The notes beneath the pieces were generated by a model. That model saw only the letters and a program-made list of their open reading frames with translations. It had not been told where the DNA came from and did not search any database. A stretch of 64,000 nt of DNA, taken from assembly GCF_001194135.2 (NCBI RefSeq), contig NC_068990.1, positions 88,015,399 to 88,079,398 on the forward strand, written 5' to 3'. The position numbers and the translations under genes were made by a program. Source of the stretch: Octopus bimaculoides. Its lineage: Eukaryota. Shown piece after piece: positions 28,827 to 43,071 of this stretch (its first letter is position 1; each line of letters opens with the position of its first letter).

Positions 28827-30229
28827 TTTGCCATGCTGGACCGCTGAACTCTACGCATTTTTTTCATTCTCTCTCTCTTTATTTCCTCTTATTCCTTTCT
28901 GCTGAAGAGCATAGGCTCAAAACGTAAAAGACTTTTTCATTTTTCCCGAGCATCAAACTAATACACTTGGTTGTTGTTCACACACCTATCTTCATCTTCT
29001 GTTTTTTTATAAATTTCAACAATATATAAATATAAAGGTCTCAATCAGTTGTCACTGCCTCCAATTAATTGAGATCTTTGACGATATATCATGCTTGAGA
29101 AGACCTGTCAAGCCAAGTGAGATCACAGCCATGGTTGATGCCAGTGTTGCGTAACTGACACCTGTCCCAGTGGCACATAAAAAGCACTCACAAAACTCTT
29201 GGAGTGGTCGGCATCAGGAAGGGCATCCAGCCATAGAAACCAAGCCAGACTGGATTGTAACCTGGTGCAGCTCTCCATCTTACCAGTTTTCTGTCAAACC
29301 ATCCAACCCATGCCAGCATGGAAAAATGGATGTTAAATGAAGATGATGATGATGATAATGATATATATATATATTTCAGGAACATAACTGATTCACTACA
29401 TGCTGTTTTTCATCATAGATCAGAATTAAATTGATATTGGAAATCATCAGCATTTATACATATCTCAAAACATGGATAAATGGACGTAAAATTAAAGATA
29501 ACAATATCTATCTGTCAGTCTGTCTGTCTGTATATGTGACGTCCATTTTTTTCCATTTTTTTTTAGTCATTCAACAATAGATTAAGAATATTTATTAGAG
29601 ACACCTGCATAAGTTAGAATAAATTCACAACTCTTGAAGGAGGTCAACCTCAACTCACATCTTGGTGCCTCTTTTCAGCAGACAAAGCTGTTGATTTGCA
29701 GAAATATAATCACATCAGCATCAAAATACAAACATTGGAATATATATAATAAGAATTCAAAAATAATTTTTGACTTTGGTATAAAAGACCACAAAATATG
29801 TGACAGATTTAAAGTCAATTTAATCATTTTCAGTACTTGATTGATACTTATTTTAAATTCATATTGGCATTTATCTTCTTACAAACACACACACACAAAC
29901 ACACACACGCACGCACATGTGCATGCACACACACACACACACATTATCTCAGTATTTAATTAATGCCCCATTGTCAATGAATGCACTGGTATGCAAATGA
30001 GAAAAATCAGTGCTTTTAGTCATAGCATTTTTCATTCGTAGATACAAATTGCTCTTCTTATCTCACTCTCTCAAAGTAAACACACCTGATGAGCTGGCAA
30101 TACCCAGGTGAAACTAGTCAAGTTATTCTTCAATTCATTCTGAAGAGAGATCATTATGGTTGAACAACAAGGTTTATTTACAGAACAAGGCTAAACATAT
30201 ATTATTAAACATGCATGTAAACTTATTTA

Positions 30230-30309
<80 letters not shown>

Positions 30310-30448
30310 TGCACACACTTGATATTGGCATCAATGTTTTAGAAATCTCATCAATGGTTCTTCATTCATTCTTTCATTTGCCGTCATCCCATTCTCATCT
30401 TATCATTGTAGTTGTTATTTTCATTGTAGTAATAATTATTGATGCTGC

Positions 30449-30483
<35 letters not shown>

Positions 30484-30768
30484 CCTACTCTCAATTGATA
30501 ACACTTGTTTCAAAGAGCTGCTGAGAGATCAATATTCTTTGAGACAAGATGGCATTGTTCTGATATTTCTGTAGGGCAAAGAAATAGAGCCATAGATAAG
30601 TAGAAAGAGAGAATATAATAGAGAAAGAGAGAGAGAGAGAGAGTGTGTGTGTGTGGAAGAGAGAGGAAAAAGGGAGGTGTGGGGAAGACAATGATGTAGA
30701 GAAAAGGAGTCAGGATAGAGAGAGATAGTGTGCGTATGTGTGTGTGAAAGAGGGACAGTGGTAGGTTA

Positions 30769-30802
<34 letters not shown>

Positions 30803-31429
30803 GAATGAGAGAGCATGTGTGAAAGAGAAAGAAAGGTATGTGTGGAAGAGAGAGAAAGAGAGAGAATTAGAACAGTGGGATGTGTAAAAATGAGGTTGTG
30901 TGTGTGTGTGTGTGTGTGTGGCACACTGAGAGAGAGAGAGAGAGAAACAGTTAATGTAGGGAACTGCGTTGTTGGTGTTGTTCAACAAGTGGTTAGTCAG
31001 ACATAAGTACTTGCAGTGAAGTGCGACATATCAACAGTGAAAGTCTCTCCGATGTTAACAATTCCTGCTTAAAAACATGTATTTCTGTGAAAACACATCA
31101 GAACCATGAAGGACCCTGCAAAGAATTGACCTCTCTATCTACATTGATTATAAGAGGGTGGTGCTTGTTGTGGCAGCAGATTTTGTTGTTGTTGTTGTTG
31201 TTTAGCTCTAGGTCAGCTCTGATAGATCAAAGACATTCTAGCCATGACCATCCTGTCGCCTTTTCTACCACTATTGCAATAGCCTTTGCTTCTCAGAAAC
31301 TGAGTCTTGTACCACCTTCTTCTAAGCACAATTCTCTCACATGCTTCTTCCTTTCAGAAGCTATATTATTGTCCATCAGCCCCCACCAACACCACCAAAG
31401 CCTTGCCCTAATCATTATAGCTAATCTCG

Positions 31430-31655
31430 CTAAGGCAGCGAGCTGGCAGAAACGTTAGCACACCAGGCGAAATGCTTAGCGGTATTTCGTCTGAGTTCAA
31501 ATTCCGCCGAGGTTGACTTTGCCTTTCATCCTTTTGGGGTCGATAAATTAAGTACCAGTTATACACTGGGGTCGATGTAATCGATTTAACCCCTTTGTCT
31601 GTCCTTGTTTGTCCCCTTTATGTTTAGCCCCTTGTGGGCAATAAAGAAATAAGAA
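31430..31655 (+). mobile_element. tRNA-derived SINE (family C)
   Basis: ctggcagaaacgttagcac...gagttcaaattccgccgaggttgactttgcctttcatccttttggggtcgataaattaagtaccag...gggcaataaagaaataag; related copies at ~15320, 17060, 21260, 23480, 25800, 27395, 50510, 50720 and 51010. Confidence 0.8.
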
Positions 31656-32093
31656 AGAGGTAGGGAGAGAAAGAGTAAGTAGTCTCTAACCACCAACTAA
31701 TTGCAATTAGACTGTCATAATAGTCTATTCTCATTCAGTTTTGGACATAAAAGTGTGTGGTCACCATTTTCAAGATGGTATTTGGTGAGGGGTTGCTGGT
31801 TAGAGACTACTTACTCTTTCTCTCCCTACCTCTTTCTCTCTCTTTCTCTCATCTTTTTCCTTACATTCCTCTCCTTTCTCTCTCTTTCTCACACACATAC
31901 ATAACCTTTCCTTCTGATTTTCTTACACTCTCTCTCTCTTTCTCACTCTTGTACATGCACTTTCTTTCTCTCTCACACCCACACTCACAAATCTCTTTCA
32001 CACTCACTCACTCTTGCCAACACAAACACATTTTCACACCACAAACACACTCTGGCATACATACACACTCACTCTCAGTCACACACACACAGA

Positions 32094-32130
<37 letters not shown>

Positions 32131-33435
32131 TCTCTCCCTCTCTCTCTCTCTCTTAAAATAGAGTGAGGCCCTTATGTGATACTGGATGCTGCATTGAGCA
32201 GTTAAAAAAGATTACAGCCAGCCATCAGTTGGTAACATGTACTATTTTCCCTAATTGTTTTGGCTGCTTATGTAATCACGAGCAGATATGGATACCCTCT
32301 TGCTCCCCTCCTTACCCTTGATCCAGTGGAGCATTCAGGATGTGATTGCTGGAGAGAAAGAGGGCTGCATCTGGTTCTTATTACAACTGAACAGAATGGC
32401 GTATTGTGAAGTGAAGTGTCTCCCTCAAGAGCACAATATACCTCTTGGGCTGGAAATTGAACTCACAATTGTAAAACAATGAGTCCAAAATCTTAACTAC
32501 CAGCCCACACACCTTTATATTGAACAGACATATATTGAAATATATTGAAGCTTCTTCTTTGGCTTTTGTAGCCATCTATTTTACAGATAGGAGAGAGTTG
32601 ATAGAGATCTTATTGCTACAATAAGTTTATTGATATTGGTCCCATGACCCCTAATTTAGAAGCAGTACAAAGTTTGTTGATGTATCATTGAGAAGGTCTA
32701 ATAATAAGTTGCTTCATTGGTCTTGTGGTCTATTTTTTAACAAAATAGGAAGTTCGTTGAATGAAGTTTTACTATGTTGACTGAGTCACATATTCACATA
32801 GAAACTGCCTCCATTTTCTCACTGGGTCAGCAACAAGATGCATTTTGTATGTAGTTGGTAAATTCTGTGAGCTTTAGAAAAGTTTATATTATACAAGAAA
32901 TTGTAGCATCTATGCCTTTTCTTCAATGCACTAGCAAGTGATATATGCAACAAGTCAGAAACAAAATGGTTACAATTGAAAACAAGCAACGAACTACGTA
33001 GTGAACTCAGATTACCTCTATAGTCTATATAAATTTCTTAGGTTTTTGTCATATATATTTTAGACAGTTATTCTGTAACACTGATGTCAGATAATGAAGA
33101 AAAAAGCACAAAGCAAATGCCATTGATAATGGTAAATGTATTGATAATGATAAAGTGTGGATAATGATAATGATGTTTATTGCTAAAACAAAACCTAAAA
33201 AAATGTATTATTTCCTATTCTAATCTATTTACAGATACTTTATAGATTTTGGTCAAAATGGTAGTGAGGTAGAATTAGGGGAAGCTCATGTTTTAATATT
33301 TGTTGATATTCTTTGTTTTGTCAAATATTGTTTTGTCGCATTGTTTTTATAACTTATTTTTTATTGGCTTTCTGTTTGTTTCTCTAAACTGTGACGTTTG
33401 TCATTTATTTTCTCTGTTTTTAACACATTGTCTTT

Positions 33436-33471
<36 letters not shown>

Positions 33472-33589
33472 TTCTTTCTATATTTTTACTCATAGTGTCT
33501 CTTTCTCAAAGTGTGTGTTATTGTGTTAAGTGTGTATTTATGTAAAAGATTATATTTGTCAGAATTTGAAAATGAATTTATATTTGTAC

Positions 33590-33612
33590 ATCATCATCAT
33601 CACCATCATCAC

Positions 33613-33665
<53 letters not shown>

Positions 33666-34090
33666 CCATCATTACTTCTGGTGGGTTTTCTGTGTTACTG
33701 TGCTTGTATGGGTTAGATAGGTCTCCTTCAGCACAGAGTCTCACCATTTGCTGTGGTCCTTTGTCATACAGATCAGCCTTCACCACACTTTCCCATGTCT
33801 TCCTTTTCCATATGCCCTTTCCATAGGGATTAGCTGATAATTCTTTACACAACTATACACTTCCATACACATCACATGTCTGCACCTGTGCAGTCTTTTC
33901 TCTTGCACACTTACCTTATATATCCAGTTCAATTCATTTCTCTCCAACCTTCACATATTTTCTCCATCCAGTTCCCATGTATCACTCCCAAACAATATCA
34001 CACTTTGTAAGCAAATATATAATCTTCCCTTCACTCATAGAGAGAATCCTTTTGTTGCTACCAATGACGATAGCTCCTTAAAGTTTTTCC
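33590..34090 (-). mobile_element. RTE-clade LINE 3' end with long (ATG)n tail
   Basis: Minus-strand remnant ...RKTWESVVKADL... followed by a (CAT)n tract on + at 33588-33670. Confidence 0.6.
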
Positions 34091-35121
34091 ATGACGCTGA
34101 TTTAAAAACTGGAGGACATTTGTATGTGGTTTATTTTAGTGTTGGACATGACCCTCTTAATGATTTTCACAGTTAGATACTTTGGTTCAATGGCAAGGTG
34201 TCACAAATGATTGAAGATAATAGATTGCTTCTGTAATCATCTACAGAAAATCATCTACAGAAAAATTAGCAAATGTGAACATCATGAGATGAGATGAATT
34301 TGGCTAGGGCCATCTTTACATGTACAAATTGTGCAAAGTGAATTGGATGGCAGTAAATTAGGTTAGAGAATGTAAAAATAAGAAAAATGGGGTTGAGATA
34401 AACAAGGGTAGGTTGCAGGCCAAAAAGACAAAGAGGTGAAGGATTAAGGTGAGTGTATATACCTTCTGTTCATTGATATGATATCAGGAGTATAGAAATA
34501 CACCGACCTTGCAGCTGCTGATTAATAAACTTTGTAAGTGAGGCAACATATGTTACTTCTCTAATCTAAATCCAAGATCTGGATATCTCTGTAAATAATC
34601 TACTTCCTAATTATTGACCCATTCTACCCCACCCCCACCCTACTGTCCTTCTTCAACCTCTATCTTTATTTCAACGATTTTGATAAACCTAACCACCACC
34701 ACCGCTGCCCCTCCAGTCATTCTGTGCTGAAAATAATGTGAACACACACATGCAGTCTGTAGAGCTCATCTTTTCTGTTATTGTATTTCTTTCAGTTTTT
34801 TTTCTATCCTTATTCATCTATACCATATATCATTATCATCATCATCATCATCATCGTTTAGCATTCGCTTTCCATGCAGGCCTGGGTTAGACAGTTTGAT
34901 TGGAACTAGTAAACCGGAGAGCTGTACCCAGTCCCAGTCTGATCCAGCATGGTTTCTACAGCTGGGCACCCTTCTACAGCTGGGTACCCTTCTACAGCTG
35001 GGTACCCAACCACTCCAAGAGTATAATAGGTACTTTTATGTGTCACCAGCACAGGTGCTTTTACATGTCACTACCATGGGTACTGGTTACGTGATATTGG
35101 CATCGGCCATGACTACAATTT

Positions 35122-35155
<34 letters not shown>

Positions 35156-35210
35156 TGAGAGACAGAAGAGACAAGGAAAAGAAAGAAAGGAAAAATGAAT
35201 GAAAGCAAGA

Positions 35211-35246
<36 letters not shown>

Positions 35247-36159
35247 TCTTGCTTTCATTCATTTTTCCTTTCTTTCTTTTCCTTGTCTCTTCTGTCTCTC
35301 ACTTGCTCTCATTCTCTCCCTCCATCAGATACACACATGCTATCCACCTATCCATCTCTCTTGTTAACTTCTTCTCGTGCATGCTCCCACTTCAAAGACA
35401 ATTACACTGAACACCAGTTGAAGAGAAACAATGAATATAAAGAGAAGACGTATGAATAACTTGCAGTTGACATTCAACATACACGTCACAACAAATCTCC
35501 GTCTTTGCAGCTATGGAAATTCCAAGAAATAACAAGTCGCGTTTGTTTCTTTATCTTTTGTCACACAAGTCAAGAAGGGAGCCTCTATGTTGTTGCTTGA
35601 AGTATGCTAGAAACAGCAGTCAAATCTCCTTAATTCCCATGGTAATGTACTTTAAAAAAGGATGCAAACGTTGGATAATTTAACCCTAGATACACAATGC
35701 TGATAAAAAAGAATGCTCAGGGCTGAAATGCTGTGACCACAACTCTTCTGGATCAGAGCTGACTTGGGGCTAAAGAACAATAACAACTAAAATAACATTA
35801 TGCAATAATTTCCAATTATCTGGAATATATAGCAGTATTGTCGTCACACGTATACAGTAGCCATACTCTTGACAAGTTCTTTGGTTTATTCCAGCAACAG
35901 AAGACACTGGAGACATACGTCATAGGATAATTAGTAACACCTTTAGCTGGAAATACATAAGTGTGTGTGTGTGTGTGTGTACATAAACATATAAATAGAC
36001 AAACAGACAGACAGACAGACAGATGTTTAATTATATTGTGTACTCCAGTTATAGAAGACTAGAGATAGGTGTTATAGTAATTAGTAACACACCCAACTAA
36101 TAGTTTACTTTTATCAACTCTCTCTCTCTCTCCTCCTCCTCCTTTTTCTCTCCTCTCTA

Positions 36160-36191
<32 letters not shown>

Positions 36192-36207
36192 CTCCTCCTC
36201 CTCCTTT

Positions 36208-36241
<34 letters not shown>

Positions 36242-36352
36242 NNNNNNNNNNNNNNNNNNNNNNNNNNNNNNNNNNNNNNNNNNNNNNNNNNNNNNNNNNN
36301 NNNNNNNNNNNNNNNNNNNNNNNNNNNNNNNNNNNNNNNCTCCTCCTCCTTT

Positions 36353-36401
<49 letters not shown>

Positions 36402-38312
36402 TACTCACATGCACACAGATATGCATATATGTGTGTGTGTCATATCTGTGTGGCTTATAAGTTGCTTCTGAACCATGTGATTTCAGGTTCAGCCCTACTG
36501 CGTGGCACCTTGGGCAAGTGCCTTCCACTATAACCCTATGCAGATCAAAGCCTTGTGAGTAGATCTGGTAAACAGAAGTTGAAAGAGACCCATAGTATAT
36601 GTTTGTGCCTTCTTGTCTTGACATGTAATAACTGTAAGCAAGCATCACCTTCATACATACAAGCAGAGACGTTTGTTTCCACTCTTCCATGAAAACATGT
36701 CTGGCTATGAGAAAACATTGCCTTGCTTGGAAATAGGTGAGGGTTGGTGACAGGAAGGGCATCCAACCATAGAAAATCTGCCTCAACAACTCTCATCAGC
36801 CTCATGCAGGCATTAAAAAGTGAACACTAAAATACTGATATTAATATGTATATATGTGTGTATATATTTCTGTGTTTACACAGATGTACGCATGTATAAG
36901 TAAGTATATATTTATACCCATATACATACATATGTGCATGCGTGTGTGTGTGTGTGTGTGTGTGTACACACTACAATCTGACAAAAGCAAGGAAATAAAA
37001 TTGTAAGCCTTTAAGTCACTCCTACAGCTATCTCAGCCTGTGGAAATAAACCCCTTCTAGAGCTGGTGCCATGATAAAATGTGCCCTTGTTTGCATGAGA
37101 AGTGTTCTTCTCTTTACACAACATTCTCTTTATATAAGCTGTGATATGAAGGGTATTTGATAGGTATTCTAATAAGTCTTGTAGATATGTCGGTACTTCC
37201 TTGTAGGCATAAATTTTACAATAAATACAAGAGAAACACTGCATAACATGAAGCTTAATTCATAAAACAATGACCAAGTTAACCTTATTAAAAACGTTCT
37301 TGTGGATCTATCAACTGAAAGACACTTGCCCAAGGTGTCACACAGTGGGACTGAACTTGGAACCGTGTGGTTGGTAAGCAAGCTACTTACCACACAGTTA
37401 CTCCTGTGCCTATGAGTATGCATGCTTCAATTCTTTCTAGTCTTAGAAGTCCTTTGCATCCAATGCACATATCTCACAGTTCATATACAAATATCCTACT
37501 ATCTGAGAGAGAAATACTTTGGAACCAGTTCTCACTCTGGCGCCTATATTTTCTGACCATCCACTTCCACTGTTTATTAGGTCTTCTAGTAAATAGAAAT
37601 TATCAACTATTTCTCAGAGTCTTTCCAGATATTTCAAAGAAAGTATTCCTCGTATGTTTTTAGTACTTGTTACTCCTTCACATGTGTCAAAGTCTGCCTT
37701 CTACAATAGCCTGCCTCTTTCCAGCTCAACAGTAAGACACTTGTTCCTGTTCTTCTATCATACATTAGCTTCTCAACACCTAGCATAAAGCTGCCTCTCC
37801 CTCCTCTACACTCCAAATCAGTCAAGGAGGTTTTCCATCTTGTCAGTAACTTGGTGACCTTACTAGTGATGGTGCAAAAAAAAAAAAGCATCCAGTACAT
37901 GTTGTAAAATGAGTGGCATCAAAAAGAATATCCAGCTGTAGAAACTATGTATGTCAAAGCAGATACTGGAGCTTGAAACAGTTCCCCATCACATCAGATT
38001 TTGTTGAACCATTCAGTGTGGAAGACAACATATGATGTTAATGATATATATATATATATATTGCACACACACATACACCCAACACACACACACATTACAC
38101 ACACACATACAACCACCACACACCACAAACAAAACTGTCCAATGAACGGGAACATGAAACTCTGAGTAACAGTTTTTGTGATATTTTTGCTACTTTTTAA
38201 TAAAGCATATTACTCTACCTCTGGTATTCGAGTACTATTTTTTCCATCTTGTTTCACATTTATGAGCTTACTCTAGCATGTATATACATATATATGTATA
38301 TACATATATATG

Positions 38313-38343
<31 letters not shown>

Positions 38344-39245
38344 NNNNNNNNNNNNNNNNNNNNNNNNNNNNNNNNNNNNNNNNNNNNNNNNNNNNNNNNN
38401 NNNNNNNNNNNNNNNNNNNNNNNNNNNNNNNNNNNNNNNNNNNNNNNNNNNNNNNNNNNNNNNNNNNNNNNNNNNNNNNNNNNNNNNNNNNNNNNNNNNN
38501 NNNNNNNNNNNNNNNNNNNNNNNNNNNNNNNNNNNNNNNNNNNNNNNNNNNNNNNNNNNNNNNNNNNNNNNNNNNNNNNNNNNNNNNNNNNNNNNNNNNN
38601 NNNNNNNNNNNNNNNNNNNNNNNNNNNNNNNNNNNNNNNNNNNNNNNNNNNNNNNNNNNNNNNNNNNNNNNNNNNNNNNNNNNNNNNNNNNNNNNNNNNN
38701 NNNNNNNNNNNNNNNNNNNNNNNNNNNNNNNNNNNNNNNNNNNNNNNNNNNNNNNNNNNNNNNNNNNNNNNNNNNNNNNNNNNNNNNNNNNNNNNNNNNN
38801 NNNNNNNNNNNNNNNNNNNNNNNNNNNNNNNNNNNNNNNNNNNNNNNNNNNNNNNNNNNNNNNNNNNNNNNNNNNNNNNNNNNNNNNNNNNNNNNNNNNN
38901 NNNNNNNNNNNNNNNNNNNNNNNNNNNNNNNNNNNNNNNNNNNNNNNNNNNNNNNNNNNNNNNNNNNNNNNNNNNNNNNNNNNNNNNNNNNNNNNNNNNN
39001 NNNNNNNNNNNNNNNNNNNNNNNNNNNNNNNNNNNNNNNNNNNNNNNNNNNNNNNNNNNNNNNNNNNNNNNNNNNNNNNNNNNNNNNNNNNNATATATAT
39101 ATATCATCATCATCATCATCATCATCATCGTTTAATGATGATGATGATGATATATATATATATTTGTGTATGTGTGTGAGGATAACAAGAACAATAGTGC
39201 TGGTGTGTGTGTGTATGTATATGGATAGATAGATATTGATTTCAT

Positions 39246-39309
39246 ATGTAGGTGCAATGACAAATTCAAGGTGTAATCAAGTGATTACATTCACACCATC
39301 CCATTTCCC

Positions 39310-39359
<50 letters not shown>

Positions 39360-39384
39360 GCATCATCATCATCATCCATTAAAC

Positions 39385-39433
<49 letters not shown>

Positions 39434-39497
39434 GGGAAATGGGATGGTGTGAATGTAATCACTTGATTACACCTTGAATTTGTCATTGCACCTACAT
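39246..39497. repeat. Palindrome: perfect 65-bp unique arms extended by (CAT)n/(ATG)n
   Basis: 39246-39310 is the exact reverse complement of 39433-39497; centre catcatccattaaacgatgatg. Confidence 0.92.
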
Positions 39498-39665
39498 GAA
39501 ACCCAAAAGGATGGAAGGTTAAATTAACCTCAATAATATTTTAACTTTGAAAATAAATGCAATACTTATTCTATGGATGTATGTATGCATGTATGTGGGT
39601 GTGTGTGTATAAATATATGTATATATATATATACATATATGTGTGTGTGTGTGTGTACATATATA

Positions 39666-40196
39666 CGAGGTGGTATCAAACAGTTCCCAGACTAGTTCAG
39701 TGGTGCGCCAACAGATGGCAGCACACAGCTGTGTGCACAGTGAGAGCCAGAAGTGACCCTCGTGAGGCAGTGTACCAAGTGACATCGCTGTGTTTACTTC
39801 ACAAGTTGTGAAATTTGTGTCTTTGTGATCGTGTGTATGCTGTAGTCTGCGATTTTTGTTATGGACAGGAAGTTGGAACAAGGAGCCAATGTGAAATTTT
39901 GCTTTGAACTTGGGAAGTCTGCTACAGAGACATTGAGCATGCTTTGGCAAGCTTATGGCAAAGAGGCAATGGTTCATATGTTATATTTCATGTGCTCATA
40001 ATGTTTTTGACGCCTGTGGTATTGTGCATCAAGAATTCGTCTCCCAGGGCCAGACCATCAAAAGAGAGTTCTTCTGCGATGTTTTGAAGCATTTGAGGGA
40101 GAACATTCAGCAAAAGTGATTGAATCTATGGAGTGTGAAGAATTGGAATCTTCACAGCGACAATGCACCCTGTCACCAAGCTCTCCTCACTCATGA
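39666..40196 (+). mobile_element. Internally deleted mariner transposon
   Basis: TA|CGAGGTGGTATCAAACAGTTCCCAGACT TIR; ATG 39861 MDRKLEQGANVKFCFELGKSATETLSMLWQAYGKEAM (mariner N-terminal HTH); then FDACGIVHQEFVSQGQTIKREFFCDVLKHLRENI...WNLHSDNAPCH (catalytic region). Confidence 0.85.
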
Positions 40197-40324
40197 GGCT
40201 CCAATCTGATCTGACAAGGTTTCTATAGTTGGATGCCCTTCCTAATGCCAACTACTCCAAGAGTGTAGTGGGTGCTTTTTACATGTCACCAGCACAGGAG
40301 CCAGTCAGGTGGCACTGGCAACGA

Positions 40325-40605
40325 TCCAAGGCCGACCAAAGCCTTGTGAGTGGATTTGGTAGATGGAAACTGAAAGAAGCCCGTCGTATATATGCATGTA
40401 TACGTTTGTGTGTCTGTGTTTGTACCCCCAACGTCGCTTGACAACCGATGCTGGTGTGTTTATGTCCCCTTAACTTAGCGGTTCAGCAAAAGAGATCGAT
40501 AGAATCAGTCCTGGCTTACAAAGAATAAGTCCTGGGATCAATTTGCTCGACTAAAGGCGGTGCTCCAGCATGGCCACAGTCAAATGGCTGAAACAAGTAA
40601 AAGAG
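40325..40605 (+). mobile_element. tRNA-derived SINE (family A), 3' two-thirds
   Basis: ggccgaccaaagccttgtgagtggatttggtagatggaaactgaaagaagcccgtcg...gtcaaatggctgaaacaagtaaaagag. Confidence 0.85.
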
Positions 40606-40616
40606 TATACACAATA

Positions 40617-40649
<33 letters not shown>

Positions 40650-41446
40650 GGAAAGGAAGAAACTTCAGCTTCAAGTAATTTAAATAAATACATAGCATTG
40701 TTTTAACATTGTTGTATGGATAAGAAATTTGCTAAGCAAACATGGGTTTCTGGATTTACTTCCACTGTGCAGCATCATAGGCAAATGTTTTCTTTGAGTC
40801 TAGGGTTCTCCAATGACTGGTGAGAGAAGTTTGGTAGATTTAAACTGTACAAAAGCTCGCCATATATACACATATATTTATGTATATATATATGTGCATA
40901 TACATGTAAGCACATGTATATGTATGTACAAGTATTAATAGCATGTCTGTGTGTGCGTATGTGTATAGATTGGAAACCAAAAGAACTGAGTACTCTAAGA
41001 CAGTAGAGAGTATTTGTGTTTTAAAATGAAATTATTCAGTATGTCACGTACTTACCAATCTCAACTTTACACTTTTATGAAGACACTTTGAGTTGTAATT
41101 ACGTGACATGTTAAATTTCTCAGCATAAAGTTATGTGTCTGTATATATATATATATGCATATAAAAATGTGTTTGAAAAACATTACTGATACATACATAC
41201 ACACATATATTCTATGTAAAAAAATGTATACATTTATCATATATATATATATATATAAATAGATATAGATTGATGTATATATATATATATATATATGTTA
41301 ATTCTCTAAATGAAGTATTAACAGTAACTGCACGATAAAGTGTAGTATATTGCCACTTAAGTGTGGCTGACCCCTAGGGGTGGATGTTACTGTTGCTTTT
41401 AGCCCCAGGAGGACATCTCCTCCAGCTGGCTTATCGACACACGACT

Positions 41447-41570
41447 GTGTCCTGTTTGCCAAGGGAAGTTATCCCTCTCACCTCGATCTGCAGCACGAAC
41501 CCTGAAATCCGGATACGTTCGTGCTGCAGATCGAGGTGAGAGGGATAACTTCCCTTGGCAAACAGGACAC
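41447..41570. repeat. Perfect hairpin: 54-bp arms, 16-nt loop, ending at an N gap
   Basis: gtgtcctgtttgcc...cagcacgaac (41447-41500) is the exact reverse complement of 41517-41570. Confidence 0.92.
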
Positions 41571-41927
41571 NNNNNNNNNNNNNNNNNNNNNNNNNNNNNN
41601 NNNNNNNNNNNNNNNNNNNNNNNNNNNNNNNNNNNNNNNNNNNNNNNNNNNNNNNNNNNNNNNNNNNNNNNNNNNNNNNNNNNNNNNNNNNNNNNNNNNN
41701 NNNNNNNNNNNNNNNNNNNNNNNNNNNNNNNNNNNNNNNNNNNNNNNNNNNNNNNNNNNNNNNNNNNNNNNNNNNNNNNNNNNNNNNNNNNNNNNNNNNN
41801 NNNNNNNNNNNNNNNNNNNNNNNNNNNNNNNNNNNNNNNNNNNNNNNNNNNNNNNNNNNNNNNNNNNNNNNNNNNNNNNNNNNNNNNNNNNNNNNNNNNN
41901 NNNNNNNNNNNNNNNNNNNNNTATATA

Positions 41928-41961
<34 letters not shown>

Positions 41962-43071
41962 CAACTAGTTAACTGATCAAGTAGTTAATTAATCAATTGT
42001 TTGATTAATTGTTTTGTCAATCAATCAACAAGCTGATTGATTAATTGTATATATACACATGCGTAAATGGGTGTAAGTACATTTAAAACATACACATTTA
42101 AAATATACACACACATATATTTATATGTATACATTTATGTATATATATCTTTCTTATCACCTGTTTATCATTTTTACCTCTTGCTATTATGCAAAATGAT
42201 AAATTGGTGATAGTAAATATGTTAAATAAGAGAGATTCATCTCCCTGCTCCCATTTTAATATCCATTCTGCTACGCTTGCAGGAGGGGTTGGATTTCCCC
42301 CAGATCAAAGTGACCCAATATAGGCTCTCTCATTGGCTCATAAACATTTGTTGTTGTTGTTCCCAGGTAAGCCTTGAACCAGCATATCTCAGCCATGACC
42401 GTCCCATTTGGTGCATGTGTATGTCAGGGACTAATTGCATTCATTTTTGTCCTTCCATTTTTAAGATGGTAGGATGTAATTTGAGGAAGATTAGGCTGCT
42501 ATTCAGGTCAAAGAGATCGTTTAGATGCTCTTTCATTGGCTCAAATTGGTTACGTTTATTATAGCACAATCTATGAAATGTGAAACAGATGGTTGGAACC
42601 CTAGAAGTAAAACATTAAATCAATAAACTTCCTTTGCCCTGAATATCAGACTACTAGGCACAGGCATGGGTGTGTGGTTAAGAAATTTGCTTTCCAACCA
42701 CACAGCCTGGGGTCACTCTTACTACATGAAACTTTGGACAAGTGCTTTCTATTATACCCCCAAGCAGTCATGCCTTGTGAGTGAATTTAGTAGATGGAAA
42801 CTGAATGAATCCCATCAATATGTGTGTGTGAAAGAAAGAGAAAGAGAGCCCTTATGATCGTAAGATTGTAGTTTTGATTCATAGAATGGGCAATGCATTG
42901 TGTTCTTGAACAAATTCTTCATTTCACATTGCTCTGGTTCATTCAGCTGCCAAAAATGAGTAATCCTGCAATGGAAAAGCATTCCCCAGGGCAGGGAATA
43001 AATAAGACACAGAAACTGGTGTTACGAGCCTATGGCTTAGTGAAGGACCTTTTATCTTTTTGCACACCCTA

